Shown here: positions 49,135 through 59,727 of the stretch, one piece after another
Layout of the letters: the number at the start of each line of letters is the position of its first letter
Position numbering within the stretch: position 1 is the stretch's first letter
DNA from: Dehalococcoidia bacterium
GTDB lineage: Bacteria > Chloroflexota > Dehalococcoidia > UBA2979
DNA: 64,000 nt
Reading direction: 5' to 3'
Assembly: GCA_963667465.2 (NCBI GenBank)
Contig: CAXXDN010000001.1
Span: forward strand, 224,001-288,000
Notes under the pieces: generated by a model
Told to the model about the DNA's origin: nothing
Database searches by the model: none
Seen by the model: the letters and a program-made list of their open reading frames with translations, nothing else
Made by a program: the position numbers and the translations under genes

Positions 49135-50035
49135 TCGAGGACAGGCGCGGGGCCTCGGACGCGGCCTCGGGGCACTCATCCCCGGCGGAGACGCACCCGG
49201 CGAGCTGGCCGGGCGACCCGTGACCGAGGTCGCCATCGTGGAGATCGAGGCGAATCCACACCAGCCGCGGCTGATGATGGCCGACGCGGCGCTCGACGAG
49301 CTGACGCAGTCCGTGCGCGAGCACGGCGTGATCCAGCCGTTGCTCGTCACGGAGCTGCCTCCCGGCGCGCCGGGCGCCGTGCGCTACCGGCTGATCGCCG
49401 GGGAGCGGCGGCTGCGCGCTGCCGCAGCCGCCGGCCTGACGCGCGTGCCCGTCACCGTGCGCGAGTCGACCGACCGCGACCAGCTGGAGCTGGCGCTGAT
49501 CGAGAACGTCCAGCGCGAGGACCTGAGCCCGATCGAGGAGGCGCACGCCTACCGCCGCCTGATCGACGACTTCGGCCTGACGCAGCAGCAAACCGCGGAC
49601 CGCGTCGGCTGCTCGCGCGCGAAGGTGGCGAACCGGCTGCGGCTGCTGGAGTTGCCCCCGGAGGCCCTCGAGGCGCTGCAGGACGCGCGCATCAGCGAGG
49701 GCCACGGCCGCGCGCTGCTCGGCGCGCCCTCGAACGCGGCCCGCCTCGCAATCCTCGCGCGCATCGAGCGCGAGGGGCTGAGCGTGCGCCAGACGGAGCG
49801 CCTCGCGCGCGCCGCGCAGTCGGCCGCGACGGCGACCCCCGCGGTCGCCGGCCAGACGCGCGACCCGGACCTCGAGGCGCTCGAGGACGCGCTGCGGCTG
49901 CAGCTCGGCACGAAGGTCGGGCTGCGGCGCGGACGCGGCGGACGCGGCTCGCTCACCATCCATTTCCACAGCGACGAGGAGCTGGACGGCGTGCTCGAGC
50001 GGCTGCTGCCCGAGTGGCTCGCCGAGCAGGCGTGA
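49124..50035 (+). CDS. parB: Chromosome partitioning protein ParB/Spo0J
   Basis: GLGRGLGALI, NPHQPR, IAGERRLRAA, ENVQREDLSPIEEA. Confidence 0.96.
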
Positions 50036-50134
50036 GCGCACCCACCTACGCCTCGCGCCGATCGGCGGCTATCCTCTCCGCTGTTCGGGCCCTGAGGCCG
50101 TAGAGTTCCGGACGGACTGAACGAGGTCGGGTCG

Positions 50135-52570
50135 ATGGCGCACGCGCTTGATGGCATCCGCATCGTCGAGGTCGGCGAGGGCAAGCAGCTCGCCTACTGC
50201 GGCAAGCTGCTGCGCGACCTCGGCGCCGAGGTGATCAAGGTCGAGCCGCCCGACGGCGACCAGTTGCGCCTGCACGGTCCCTTCCCCGGCGACGAGCCGG
50301 GCCCGGAGCAGAGCGGCCTCTTCATCTACTTCAACGGCGGCAAGCAGGGCGCGCGGCTGGACCTCGGACGTGCCGGGGACCGCGCGGCGCTGGGCCGCCT
50401 GATCGACGGCGCGGACGTGCTGCTGCTGGGCATGCGTCCCTCGCAGGCGCGGGCGGCGGGCCTCGATCCCGCCGTGCTGCTGGCGAAGCGGCCCGACCTC
50501 GTCGTCGCGACGGCGACGATCTACGGCTTCACCGGGCCCTACGCCGAGTGGCTCGGCTACCCGATCCACGCCTACGCCGGCTCCAGCGTGGCGCACCGCG
50601 TCGGCGATCCGGAGCGCGAGCCGCTCAACGCCCCGCTCGACGGCGCGGACATCCACCACGGCGCGGTGCAGCTCGCGGGCGCGATCCTGACCGCGCTGCT
50701 GCACAAGGCGAAAACGGGCGAGGGCCAGCTCGTCGACGTCGGCAGCCTTGAGGCCTCGAACCTCGCGATCTGGGGCCACGGGATCGCGCAGATCGTCTAC
50801 CTCGGATACCTGACGCCGGAGCGCAACGGCTTCCAGATCAGCGGCGGCGTCTGGGGGGCGTGGCCGACGAAGGACGGGCACTTCGCGATCATGACGCAGG
50901 TGCCGCGACACTGGCAGGACTTCATGATCGGCCTCGGCGACCCCGAGTGGGCGCACCATCCGATCTTCTGGAAGCTCGGCCACGCCGGCATCCGGCGCGA
51001 CATCACGCCCGAGGAGGGCGAGGAGATCCAGCAGCTCCTGCGCGGCCCGTTCTCGGAGCTGCTGAAGCAGTGGACCAACGCCGAGCTCTGGGAGCTGTGC
51101 CGCCGCGAGCGCATCGCCTGCCAGCCCGTGCTCACCATCCCCGAGATCTGTGAGGCCGACCACCCCAACGAACGCGACTGGCTGACCGACGCGCCCGGAC
51201 CGCACCCGCCGCTGCGCGTACCCGGCCGCCCCTACCACCTCTCGAAGACGCCGTGGCGCGAGCCGGGCCCGCCGCCTCGCCTCGACGAGCCCGCGGTGAC
51301 CTCCTGGCAGGGCGAGCACCGGCCTCCGGCCCCGCTGCGCTCGCGGGCGGACGCGGTGATCGAGCCGCGCAACGCCGGGCAGCCACTCGCCGGGCTGCGC
51401 ATCCTCGACCTCGGCATCGTCTGGGCCGGTCCGCAGACCGTCCGCTTCCTCGCCGATTTCGGCGCGGACGTGATCAAGCTCACGACCAACACGCGCCCCT
51501 GGATGTCCGGCGTGCGGGGCGGGTCCGACCCCGCTGATCCGATGTCGTGGGAGTGGATCCTGCGCAACCGCCGCTCAGTCAACATCGACCTGCGCCATCC
51601 GGAGGGCCCGGACCTGGTCCGCCGCCTCGCGAGCGTTTCAGACGTGGTGCTCGAGAACTTCGGCTCCGGCACCGCCGAGCGGATCGGCATCGGCTACGAG
51701 GCGCTGTCGAGGGACAACCCCGGCCTCGTCATGATCTCGATGCCGCCTGCGGGCGCCACCGGCCCGTGGTCGGACCTCGTCTCCTACGGCCCGACGCTGA
51801 CCGGGCTCAACGGTATGAAGGCGATCAGCGGCTACCCCGAGGACGGCTCCATCTCCGAGGAGGCGGCGGAGCTGGACCCGATCGCCGCCGCCTACGGCGC
51901 GCTCGCGATCCTCGCGGCGGTGATGCATCACTGCCACACGGGCGAAGGCCAGCACATCGAGCTGGGCCAGGCGCAGGCCGGGTTTACCGGCCTCGCCGAG
52001 GGCGTGATGGAGTACACCTGGAACGGCCGCGACGTCGGCCCCGTCGGCAACACGCACCGCTTCCTCGCGCCGCACGGCATGTACCGCACGGTCGGCCCCG
52101 ACGACTGGATCGCGATCGCCTGCGACGGCGACGAGCAATGGCGCGCCCTCGCGGGTGCGGCCGGGCGGCCCGACTGGCTCGAGCGCGAGGACTTCGCCTC
52201 GCCCGAGGCACGACGCGCGGCGCGGCACGCGATCGACGCCGAGCTCAACGCCTGGACGCGCGACCACGACAAGCGCGAGCTGGCGGAGCGGCTGCAGGCG
52301 GCGGGCGTACCCGCCTTCCCCGTCCTCGAGGGCATGGAGGTCATCGCCGACCCGATGCTGCGCGAGCGGCGGGCGGAGTTCGAGTTGCACCCCGACTTCA
52401 CGGTGGACGAGCTGCTCAACGGCATCGCCTGGCATCTCTCGAAGACGCCGCCGCGGCTGCGCCGCCCCGCGCCCGCCTTCGGAGGACACAACGCCGAGGT
52501 GCTCGGCGAGTACCTCGGCCTGACGGAGGACGAGGTACGGGCGATGGAGGAGTCGGGCCTGCTCGCGTAG
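50135..52570 (+). CDS. Tandem (double-domain) CaiB/BaiF class III CoA-transferase
   Basis: Two CoA_transf_3 units: LGAEVIKVEPPDGD and WAGP..FGADVIK..ENF. Confidence 0.9.
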   Translation: MAHALDGIRIVEVGEGKQLAYCGKLLRDLGAEVIKVEPPDGDQLRLHGPFPGDEPGPEQSGLFIYFNGGKQGARLDLGRAGDRAALGRLIDGADVLLLGMRPSQARAAGLDPAVLLAKRPDLVVATATIYGFTGPYAEWLGYPIHAYAGSSVAHRVGDPEREPLNAPLDGADIHHGAVQLAGAILTALLHKAKTGEGQLVDVGSLEASNLAIWGHGIAQIVYLGYLTPERNGFQISGGVWGAWPTKDGHFAIMTQVPRHWQDFMIGLGDPEWAHHPIFWKLGHAGIRRDITPEEGEEIQQLLRGPFSELLKQWTNAELWELCRRERIACQPVLTIPEICEADHPNERDWLTDAPGPHPPLRVPGRPYHLSKTPWREPGPPPRLDEPAVTSWQGEHRPPAPLRSRADAVIEPRNAGQPLAGLRILDLGIVWAGPQTVRFLADFGADVIKLTTNTRPWMSGVRGGSDPADPMSWEWILRNRRSVNIDLRHPEGPDLVRRLASVSDVVLENFGSGTAERIGIGYEALSRDNPGLVMISMPPAGATGPWSDLVSYGPTLTGLNGMKAISGYPEDGSISEEAAELDPIAAAYGALAILAAVMHHCHTGEGQHIELGQAQAGFTGLAEGVMEYTWNGRDVGPVGNTHRFLAPHGMYRTVGPDDWIAIACDGDEQWRALAGAAGRPDWLEREDFASPEARRAARHAIDAELNAWTRDHDKRELAERLQAAGVPAFPVLEGMEVIADPMLRERRAEFELHPDFTVDELLNGIAWHLSKTPPRLRRPAPAFGGHNAEVLGEYLGLTEDEVRAMEESGLLA

Positions 52571-52602
52571 GCGCGCAAGTGAACGACGAAGCGGAGGACG
52601 AG

Positions 52603-53394
52603 ATGAGCGACGACGGACAACTGATCATCGAGGAGCGCGACCGCATCGCGTTCGTGACCTTCAACCGGCCCGAGAAGCTCAACGCCTGGACGTTCGAGAT
52701 GAGCAACGAGCTTCGCGACTACCTCTCGGGCCTCAACGAGGGCGAGTACCGCATCCGCTGCGTGGTGCTGACGGGCACGGGGCGCGCGTTCTGCTCGGGC
52801 GCGGACGTCGGCAACCTCGCGGCACGGCAGGGCGGCGAACGGCCGCCCTGGCGGCCGCCGCACCCGGAGGCGCACATCACCGAGGCGCTGCGCCGCTGCA
52901 ACGCGCCGGTGATCGCCGCGATCAACGGCTACGCGCTGGGTATGGGCCTCGGCATCGCGATGTCGTGCGACATCCGCATCGCTGCGGACGACGCACGCTT
53001 CCAGGTGGCGCAGATGAAGCGCGGCCTCACCGCCGACACCGCGCTCGCCCACTCCCTGCCCGCCGCGATCGGCGCCGAGCGCGCCATGGAGCTGATGTTC
53101 ACGGCCCGCATGATCGAGGCGGAAGAGGCGGAGCGGATCGGCCTCGTGCTGAAGGTCGTGCCCGCCGACAACCTGCTCGAGGAGGCCGAGGCGCTGGCGC
53201 GCGAGATCGCGAAGAACGGCCCGCTCGGCGTGGCCGCCGCGAAGCGCACCGTCTACCTCCGCGACGACGACGCCTTCCAGCGCGCGCACGACTTCCTCGG
53301 CCTGACGATGGACCGCCTCTTCCTCACCGAGGACGCCCGCGAGGGCATCAGCTCCTTCGCCGAGCGCCGCGAGCCTGAGTTCCCCGGCCGCTAG
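52603..53394 (+). CDS. Enoyl-CoA hydratase/isomerase family protein
   Basis: NRPEKLNA, AFCSGAD, IAAINGYALGMG, EAERIGLV. Confidence 0.9.
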   Translation: MSDDGQLIIEERDRIAFVTFNRPEKLNAWTFEMSNELRDYLSGLNEGEYRIRCVVLTGTGRAFCSGADVGNLAARQGGERPPWRPPHPEAHITEALRRCNAPVIAAINGYALGMGLGIAMSCDIRIAADDARFQVAQMKRGLTADTALAHSLPAAIGAERAMELMFTARMIEAEEAERIGLVLKVVPADNLLEEAEALAREIAKNGPLGVAAAKRTVYLRDDDAFQRAHDFLGLTMDRLFLTEDAREGISSFAERREPEFPGR

Positions 53395-53436
53395 CATGCG
53401 CGCCGCCCGGCGCGCCTCCCCGTCCGGCCCGTCCGG

Positions 53437-53882
53437 CCCCTCACCCCTCCGGCCCCCTCTCCTGGGGGAGCGGGCGGGGGTGAGGGGGCGCGCCGGCCTG
53501 ACTGCCACCTCGATAGCCTGTTACGCCGCCGGGCGCTCGTGCCACGCGGGCGTCGGACGAGCGCTCGCGCTGCGCGCGGCTCGGCCCACCCACCCACCCT
53601 TCATTTCTTTCTGTGGGGGCTGCGCCCCCACACCTCCGCTGCTGATCGCCTCAGACATCTCGGACAGCCCCGGGCGCTCTTGCCCGACGGGAGTCGGAGC
53701 GGCGGGCTGCGCCCGCTCCCCCTCACCCCCGCCCTCTCCCGCCAGGGGAGAGGGAGCCGGATCCGGCCTCGGGCGTTGGGGCGCCCGCGAGCGTTCCGGG
53801 TGGGTGGGCCGAGCCGCGCACAGCACGGCAGACGCCTCACCCCCGACCTCTCCCGCAAGGGAAGAGGGAGCCGGATCCGGCC
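53437..53882. repeat. Composite REP/MITE-like repeat cluster
   Basis: Three CCTCACCCC..CCCTCTCC units, 22-bp perfect inverted repeats (53574-95 / 53798-819), and direct repeats GAGGGAGCCGGATCCGGCC twice. Confidence 0.8.
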
Positions 53883-53886
53883 ATTC

Positions 53887-54684
53887 CTAGTAGTGGATCG
53901 CCGTGCCGGAGCCGCCGCCCGTGGCGATCGCGTCGCCGTTGATCGAGATCGACTTCGGCGAGGCGAGGAAGGCGACGACGTAGGCGACCTCGCGCGCGTC
54001 CACGAGGTGGCGGATCGAGTTGCCCTCGGCGAGGCGGCGCTCGGTCTCCTCCTCCGGGACGCCCGCCGCGACCCGCGCGGCGATCAGCTCCGTGGTGCGC
54101 TCGGTTCGGGTGCCGCCGGGGTGGACGACGGTGACGTTGATGCCGTGCGGGCCGAGTTCGTCCGCCAGGTTCTTCGTCAGTGCGGCAACGCCGACGTTGC
54201 GGATACTGCCCGAGGTGTTGCCGCTGCGCCGCGCGCCGAGGCCGGAGATGTTGACGATCCGGCCCCAGCCCTGCTCCCGCATGATCGGCGCCACCGCCCG
54301 CGCGGTACGCAGGTAGCCCAGCACCTTCACCTCGATGTCCGCGCGCACATGGTCGTCGGTCAGCTCGTCGAGCGGAACGGGCGGAAGCGCACTGCCCGGC
54401 GAGGCGGCGTTGTTGACGAGAATGTCGACGCGCCCGAACGCCTCATGCGCGGCCTGCACCATCGCCTGCACCGAGGCGGCGTCGGAGGTGTCCGCGGTCA
54501 GCGCCAGCACGCGCCGGCCGCTCTCCCCGGCGATCTCGGCGGCGGTCGCCTCCAGCGCCTCGCGCCCGCGCGCGACGGCTGCGACGTCGGCGCCCTCGAG
54601 GGCTAGTTCGCGCGCCACCGCCTTGCCGATACCGCGGCTCGCGCCCGTGACGATCGCGACCTTCCCCGTCAGTTCCAGATCCAT
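53887..54684 (-). CDS. SDR family oxidoreductase
   Basis: TGASRGIG, DILVNNA, WGRIVNIS; catalytic YxxxK replaced by SIRN (atypical SDR). Confidence 0.9.
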   Translation of the reverse strand: MDLELTGKVAIVTGASRGIGKAVARELALEGADVAAVARGREALEATAAEIAGESGRRVLALTADTSDAASVQAMVQAAHEAFGRVDILVNNAASPGSALPPVPLDELTDDHVRADIEVKVLGYLRTARAVAPIMREQGWGRIVNISGLGARRSGNTSGSIRNVGVAALTKNLADELGPHGINVTVVHPGGTRTERTTELIAARVAAGVPEEETERRLAEGNSIRHLVDAREVAYVVAFLASPKSISINGDAIATGGGSGTAIHY

Positions 54685-54807
54685 GCCGTGCCTCCCGCCT
54701 CGCGTAGTTGCTCGCGCCGCCGCGCATCGTACGCCGCGCGGCGAGGGCCGGTGTATCCTCGCCGCAATGCGGGCAGCGCGCCCGCGTGGCCCGGGAGGGC
54801 GAGGCGC

Positions 54808-56010
54808 ATGACGACGCAGACACGCGGGCGGGGCGCCGTCTTCCTCTCGGGCGTACGCAGCGGCTTCGGCAGCTTCGGCGGCTCGCTCAAGGACCTCAGC
54901 GCGACGCAGCTCGGCGCCACCATCGCCCGCGACGCGATCGCCGCCTCCGGCGCGTCCGCCGAGGAGTTCGACCACGTCGTCTTCGGCAACGTCCAGCAGA
55001 CCTCCTCGGATGCGATCTACCTCGCGCGCCACATCGGCCTCGAGGCGGGGCTGCCGATCGAGACGCCCGCGCTGACCGTGAACCGGCTCTGCGGCTCCGG
55101 CTTCGAGGCGATCACGCAGGGCGCACAGCAGATCATGCTCGGCCGCTCCGAACTGGTGCTCGCCGGCGGGACCGAGTCGATGAGCCAGGCGCCGCATGTC
55201 GTGCGGGGCGCGCGCTGGGGCCTGCGCCTCGCCGCGCAGGCGGAGCTTGAGGACTCGCTCTGGGAGTGCCTCAGCGACCGCTACTGCGGCCTCTCGATGG
55301 GCGAGACGGCCGACAACCTCGCGCAGCGCTACGAGCTCGACCGCGACGAGGTCGACGAGGTCGCCCTCGGCTCGCAGCAGCGCGCCCGACAGGCCTGGGA
55401 GGATGGCGTCTTCGACGACGAGGTGACGTCGATCATGGTCGGCCGGCGCGGCCGCGAGACCGAGTTCCGCAGCGACGAGCACATCCGCGCCGACACCACC
55501 CTCGAGACGCTCGGCGGGCTCCCGACGGTCTTCCGCGACGGCGGCGTGAGCACCGCCGGCAACTCCTCCGGCATCTGCGACGGCGCGGCGGCGCTCGTTG
55601 TGGCCAGCGAGGACTACGCAGCAGCCAATGACCTCGAGCCAATCGGGCGGCTCCTCGGCTGGGCGGTGGCCGGGGTGGACCCGGCGCACATGGGCATCGG
55701 ACCCGCGCCCGCGATCCGCGACGTGCTGGAGCAGACCGGCCTGAGCCTCGCCGACATGGACCTGATCGAGGTGAACGAAGCGTTCGCGGCGCAGTACCTT
55801 GCGGTCGAGCGAGAGCTGGGCCTGGACCGCGAGCGGACGAACGTGCACGGCGGCGCGATCGCGCTCGGGCACCCGGTCGGCGCGAGCGGCGCGCGCATCA
55901 CGGCGCACCTGCTGCACGCGCTGCGCCGCGAGGGCAAGCGCTACGGCCTCGGCTCGGCCTGCATCGGCGGCGGCCAGGGCGCTGCGCTGATCGTCGAGGC
56001 GTTCAACTAA
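54808..56010 (+). CDS. Acetyl-CoA C-acyltransferase (thiolase)
   Basis: [27 protein letters not shown]. Confidence 0.95.
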   Translation: MTTQTRGRGAVFLSGVRSGFGSFGGSLKDLSATQLGATIARDAIAASGASAEEFDHVVFGNVQQTSSDAIYLARHIGLEAGLPIETPALTVNRLCGSGFEAITQGAQQIMLGRSELVLAGGTESMSQAPHVVRGARWGLRLAAQAELEDSLWECLSDRYCGLSMGETADNLAQRYELDRDEVDEVALGSQQRARQAWEDGVFDDEVTSIMVGRRGRETEFRSDEHIRADTTLETLGGLPTVFRDGGVSTAGNSSGICDGAAALVVASEDYAAANDLEPIGRLLGWAVAGVDPAHMGIGPAPAIRDVLEQTGLSLADMDLIEVNEAFAAQYLAVERELGLDRERTNVHGGAIALGHPVGASGARITAHLLHALRREGKRYGLGSACIGGGQGAALIVEAFN

Positions 56011-56044
56011 CCGGCGCATCCGGCGCGGGTCACGTAGCAGGAGG

Positions 56045-56944
56045 ATGAAGATGGCGGAGAGCGGCGTTCGCAGCGTCGGAGTGCTCGGCTGCGGGCAGAT
56101 GGGCGGCGGCATCGCCCAGGTCTGCGCCACGGCCGGCTTCGACACCCACGTACGCGAGGCCGGCGCCGAGCCGCTCGAGCGCGGCATGGCCTCGATCCTC
56201 CGCGCGCTCGACTCGACCGCCGGGCGCGGCCGCCTGTCCGCCGAGGACCGCGCCGCCATCGAGGGGCGGCTCCATCCGACGACCGACCTCGCCGACCTCG
56301 CCGGGTGCGACATCGTGATCGAGGCGGTCACCGAGGATCTCGACCTCAAGTGCGCCGTCTGGCGCGAGGCGGACGCCGCCGTGCAGGCGGACGCCGTCTT
56401 CGCCTCGAACACCTCGAGCCTGACGATCGCGGCAATGGCCGGGTCGACCGGGCGACCGGACCGCTTCGTGGGGATGCACTTCTTTTTCCCCGTGCCGGCG
56501 ATGCGGCTGGTCGAGGTGGTGCGCACGGTCACGACCTCGGACGCAGCGTTCGAGCGCGCGGCGGCGTTCGCGAGCGCGATCGGCAAGGAACCGATCGCGG
56601 CGAAGGACCAGTCCGGCTTCACCGTGAATCTGCTGCTGGTGCCCTACCTGCTGGACGCGATCCGCGCGCTGGAGCGCGGCGTCGCCAGCACCGAGGACAT
56701 CGATCGCGGGATGCAGCTCGGTTGCGGCCACCCGATGGGCCCGCTCGCGCTCTGCGACCTCGTGGGGCTCGACGTGCTGCACCGGGTGGCGGAGTACATG
56801 TACGCGGAGCACCGGGAAACACGCTACGCGCCGCCGCCGCTGCTCACGCGGATGACGCTGGTGGGGCTGCAGGGCCGCAAGAGTGGCCGCGGCTTCTACG
56901 ACTACTCGACGGACCCGCCGGCGTCGCTCGGGCTTGGGGTGTAG
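56045..56944 (+). CDS. 3-hydroxybutyryl-CoA dehydrogenase
   Basis: GCGQMGGGIA, IEAVTE, SNTSSL, GMHFF, HPMGPL. Confidence 0.93.
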   Translation: MKMAESGVRSVGVLGCGQMGGGIAQVCATAGFDTHVREAGAEPLERGMASILRALDSTAGRGRLSAEDRAAIEGRLHPTTDLADLAGCDIVIEAVTEDLDLKCAVWREADAAVQADAVFASNTSSLTIAAMAGSTGRPDRFVGMHFFFPVPAMRLVEVVRTVTTSDAAFERAAAFASAIGKEPIAAKDQSGFTVNLLLVPYLLDAIRALERGVASTEDIDRGMQLGCGHPMGPLALCDLVGLDVLHRVAEYMYAEHRETRYAPPPLLTRMTLVGLQGRKSGRGFYDYSTDPPASLGLGV

Positions 56945-56957
56945 GGTCCGGCGCGCC

Positions 56958-58232
56958 TCAGTCCGTCCGCGCGCCCTCGAAGCGTAGCTGCGGCAGCCGC
57001 GAGACGATGGCGAAGAACAGCACGCTGAGCCCGAACGAGCAGCTGAACATCACCAGCGCGAGGTCGTAGCTGCCCGTCACGTCGAAGATGTAGCCGGCGA
57101 CCACCGGGCTGATGACCAGCCCCGCCTCCTCGACCACGAACATCGCGCCGAGCAGCGTCGCGAAGTGGGCGAGACCGAACATCCTCGTCAGCAGCATCGC
57201 TTCGATGATCGGGCCACCACCCGTGCCGCAGACCCAGAGCACCACGAACAGCGCGATGCCGACCGCGCCCGAGTCCAGCAGCAGGGCGATCAGCGCGCTC
57301 GCGAGACAGGCGCACATCGCGATCACCAGGTACTCGAAGCGTCGCACCCGGTCCGCGATGAGCCCGAAGGCCAGCCGCGAGCCGATCCCCAGCCCCGCCA
57401 TGGCCGAGACGATCAACGCTGCATTTCCTCGCGGCACGCCGAGCGAGACGTAGAGCGGGATCTGATGCACCAGCATCCCGAACATGCCGAAGAACAGGAA
57501 CGTGAACCCGAGCGCGACCAGCCAGAAGTGCGGCGTTGCCAGCGCCGCCCGCAGCGTCAGCCCGCCGTGCCTCACGGCGGGCGTCACCGTACCGGGAGCC
57601 ACGGCCTCGCCATCCGGCAGGGAGCCAACGTCCGAGGGATCATTGCGCACCAGCAGCACGCCGAGTGGCACGAACAGCGCCACGATCACGAGGCCCGAGA
57701 CGACGAACGAGGCATTCCAGCCAAGCGAGTCGATGATCGCCCGCATCGCCGGGACGACGACGACACCACCGAGCGCGAATCCCGTCCCGAGGATGCTGAG
57801 CGCCATGCCGCGCCGACGATCGAACCACCTCGACATGAGCGCCTGGAAGGGGATGAAGAACATCATCTGGCGGAATACGCCGTTGACCGCCGAGTAGGCG
57901 TACCACTGCCACAGCTCGCTCGTCGTCGCGAGCAGGCCGTAGCTCAGCGCCGTGGTGACCGCGCCGAAGAGAATCACCTGGCGCGGCCCGCGCGCGTCGA
58001 TCCAGCGCCCGGTCAGCGGACCGGACAGGCCACCCGTGAGCAGCCCCAGCGAGAGGCCGCCGGAGACCTCGCCGCGCGACCAGCCGAACTGCGACTCGAG
58101 CGGCTCGATGTAGAGGCCGAACGCCCAGAACGAGACGCCGCTGCCGAGCGCCATCGCGGCGATCGAGCCCGCGAGCAGCCACCAGCCGTAGTAGACCCGC
58201 CGCAGCCGCTGCAGCCGCCACGCGATGCTCAT
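56958..58232 (-). CDS. MFS transporter (OFA/MCT-like)
   Basis: YYGWW, FGWSRGEVS, RWFDRRRGMALS; paralog-like to 27838-29202. Confidence 0.9.
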   Translation of the reverse strand: MSIAWRLQRLRRVYYGWWLLAGSIAAMALGSGVSFWAFGLYIEPLESQFGWSRGEVSGGLSLGLLTGGLSGPLTGRWIDARGPRQVILFGAVTTALSYGLLATTSELWQWYAYSAVNGVFRQMMFFIPFQALMSRWFDRRRGMALSILGTGFALGGVVVVPAMRAIIDSLGWNASFVVSGLVIVALFVPLGVLLVRNDPSDVGSLPDGEAVAPGTVTPAVRHGGLTLRAALATPHFWLVALGFTFLFFGMFGMLVHQIPLYVSLGVPRGNAALIVSAMAGLGIGSRLAFGLIADRVRRFEYLVIAMCACLASALIALLLDSGAVGIALFVVLWVCGTGGGPIIEAMLLTRMFGLAHFATLLGAMFVVEEAGLVISPVVAGYIFDVTGSYDLALVMFSCSFGLSVLFFAIVSRLPQLRFEGARTD

Positions 58233-58263
58233 CGCGCTCCCGTGGCGCGCCCGTGCGCGCCGG

Positions 58264-59358
58264 CTAGTTCAGCTCGAGGATCGAGCGGCCTGAGATCTCG
58301 CCGCGCTCGAGCGCGGCGGTTGCCTCGCTGATGGCGTCGAGCGGGTAGCGCGCGGTCACGAGCGCGTCGAGGTCCAGTTCGCCCTCGTGGTACCAGCGCA
58401 GGAACATCGGGAAGTCGCGGTCCGGCCGGCAGGAGCCGCCGATGCTGCCGATGTACTTTTTCTCGGCGATCAGCATGTCGCGCGCATCGAGCTCCACCGG
58501 CGTCTGCGGCACGCCGACGAGCACGGCCGTCCCGCCGCTGCTGCGGCCGATCACGCCACCGCGCACCGCCGGCATGATCTGCTCCATCGTCTGGCGCACG
58601 CCGATGCAGTCGAAGGCGTAGTCGACGCCGCTGACCGGCTCTCCGTTGAGCCTCAGTTGATCGGGCCGCGCCGTGAGCTCGTGGATGCGCTCGACAGGGT
58701 CGGCCTCGGAGGCGTTGACGCCGATCGTCGCGCCGAAACGCTTCGCGAAGTCCAGCTTCTCCTCGTTGAGATCGACGGCGATGATCGGGTCCGCGCCGAC
58801 GACCGCGGCGGCGGTGATCGCCGAGAGGCCGACGCCGCCGACGCCGAACACGGCGACGCTCTCGCCGCGCTGTACGCCGGCCGTGTGGTAGACGGCCCCG
58901 GCGCCGGTCATCACCGCGCAGCCGATGATCGCGGTCACGTCGGTAGGCGCGTCGTCGGGCATCGGGACGATGAACTGCTCGTCGGCGATGGTGTGGTCGG
59001 CCCAGGTGAAGGTGTTCTGCGAGTAGGCAACGCTGCCGTCGCCGAGCGTGAGGGTGGCCATCTCCGGCAGGCGCGCTGCCTCGGGGTCGCGCACCACCCA
59101 GGTGACCATCACGCGGTCGCCCTCGCGAACGTGGCTCACCGCGGAGCCGGTGGCGAGGACGACACCCGTCGACTCGTGGCCGAGCAGCTGCTGCCGCTCT
59201 CGAGGGCCATGCAGCTGGTGCAGCTGGGAGTGGCAGACGCCGCTCGCGAGCTGCCTGACGACGACCTGGTGCGGCCCGGGGTCGGGCAGCTCGACCTCCT
59301 CGATGCGCAGCGGGCCGGGGCCCTGCGGGCAGACGACGACTCGGGCTGGAGTGGGCAT
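58264..59358 (-). CDS. Zinc-binding alcohol dehydrogenase (MDR)
   Basis: GVCHSQ, GHESTG, GCAVMTG, GVGGVG. Confidence 0.9.
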   Translation of the reverse strand: MPTPARVVVCPQGPGPLRIEEVELPDPGPHQVVVRQLASGVCHSQLHQLHGPRERQQLLGHESTGVVLATGSAVSHVREGDRVMVTWVVRDPEAARLPEMATLTLGDGSVAYSQNTFTWADHTIADEQFIVPMPDDAPTDVTAIIGCAVMTGAGAVYHTAGVQRGESVAVFGVGGVGLSAITAAAVVGADPIIAVDLNEEKLDFAKRFGATIGVNASEADPVERIHELTARPDQLRLNGEPVSGVDYAFDCIGVRQTMEQIMPAVRGGVIGRSSGGTAVLVGVPQTPVELDARDMLIAEKKYIGSIGGSCRPDRDFPMFLRWYHEGELDLDALVTARYPLDAISEATAALERGEISGRSILELN

Positions 59359-59454
59359 GTCACGCCTCCGTGCTCTTCGCGGGGCCATGGTAGCGGTTGG
59401 CCGCGGTTGGATGAGCACGTGACCGGGAGACTGCATGGGCCGCATCATGTCTTC

Positions 59455-59694
59455 ATGGGTACAGCGGAAGACGAGCGCGACCCCGAGCCCGCGCGCGGGC
59501 GGCTGCGCGATGAGTCAGATTCGGAGACCGGCGCGGGCGCGCCGCGCCCCCCGTTCCGCGTGCGTCCCATGAGCGGCGGACTCGGGCCTGACCTCGATCC
59601 CTCGGATCCCAAGGCTGTCAAGAATCTCCTGAACGAACTCGACGACGAGCGCTACTTCGAAGTGCTGCGGCGCTCCGGCTCCCGCGAAGAGTGA
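59455..59694 (+). CDS. Small hypothetical protein, antitoxin-C-terminus-like
   Basis: PFRVRPMSGGLGPDLDP..LLNELDDE resembles VapB C-termini; no toxin follows. Confidence 0.4.
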   Translation: MGTAEDERDPEPARGRLRDESDSETGAGAPRPPFRVRPMSGGLGPDLDPSDPKAVKNLLNELDDERYFEVLRRSGSREE

Positions 59695-59727
59695 CCTCGG
59701 ACCCTTCACCCGCCCCAGCCCGCCTCC

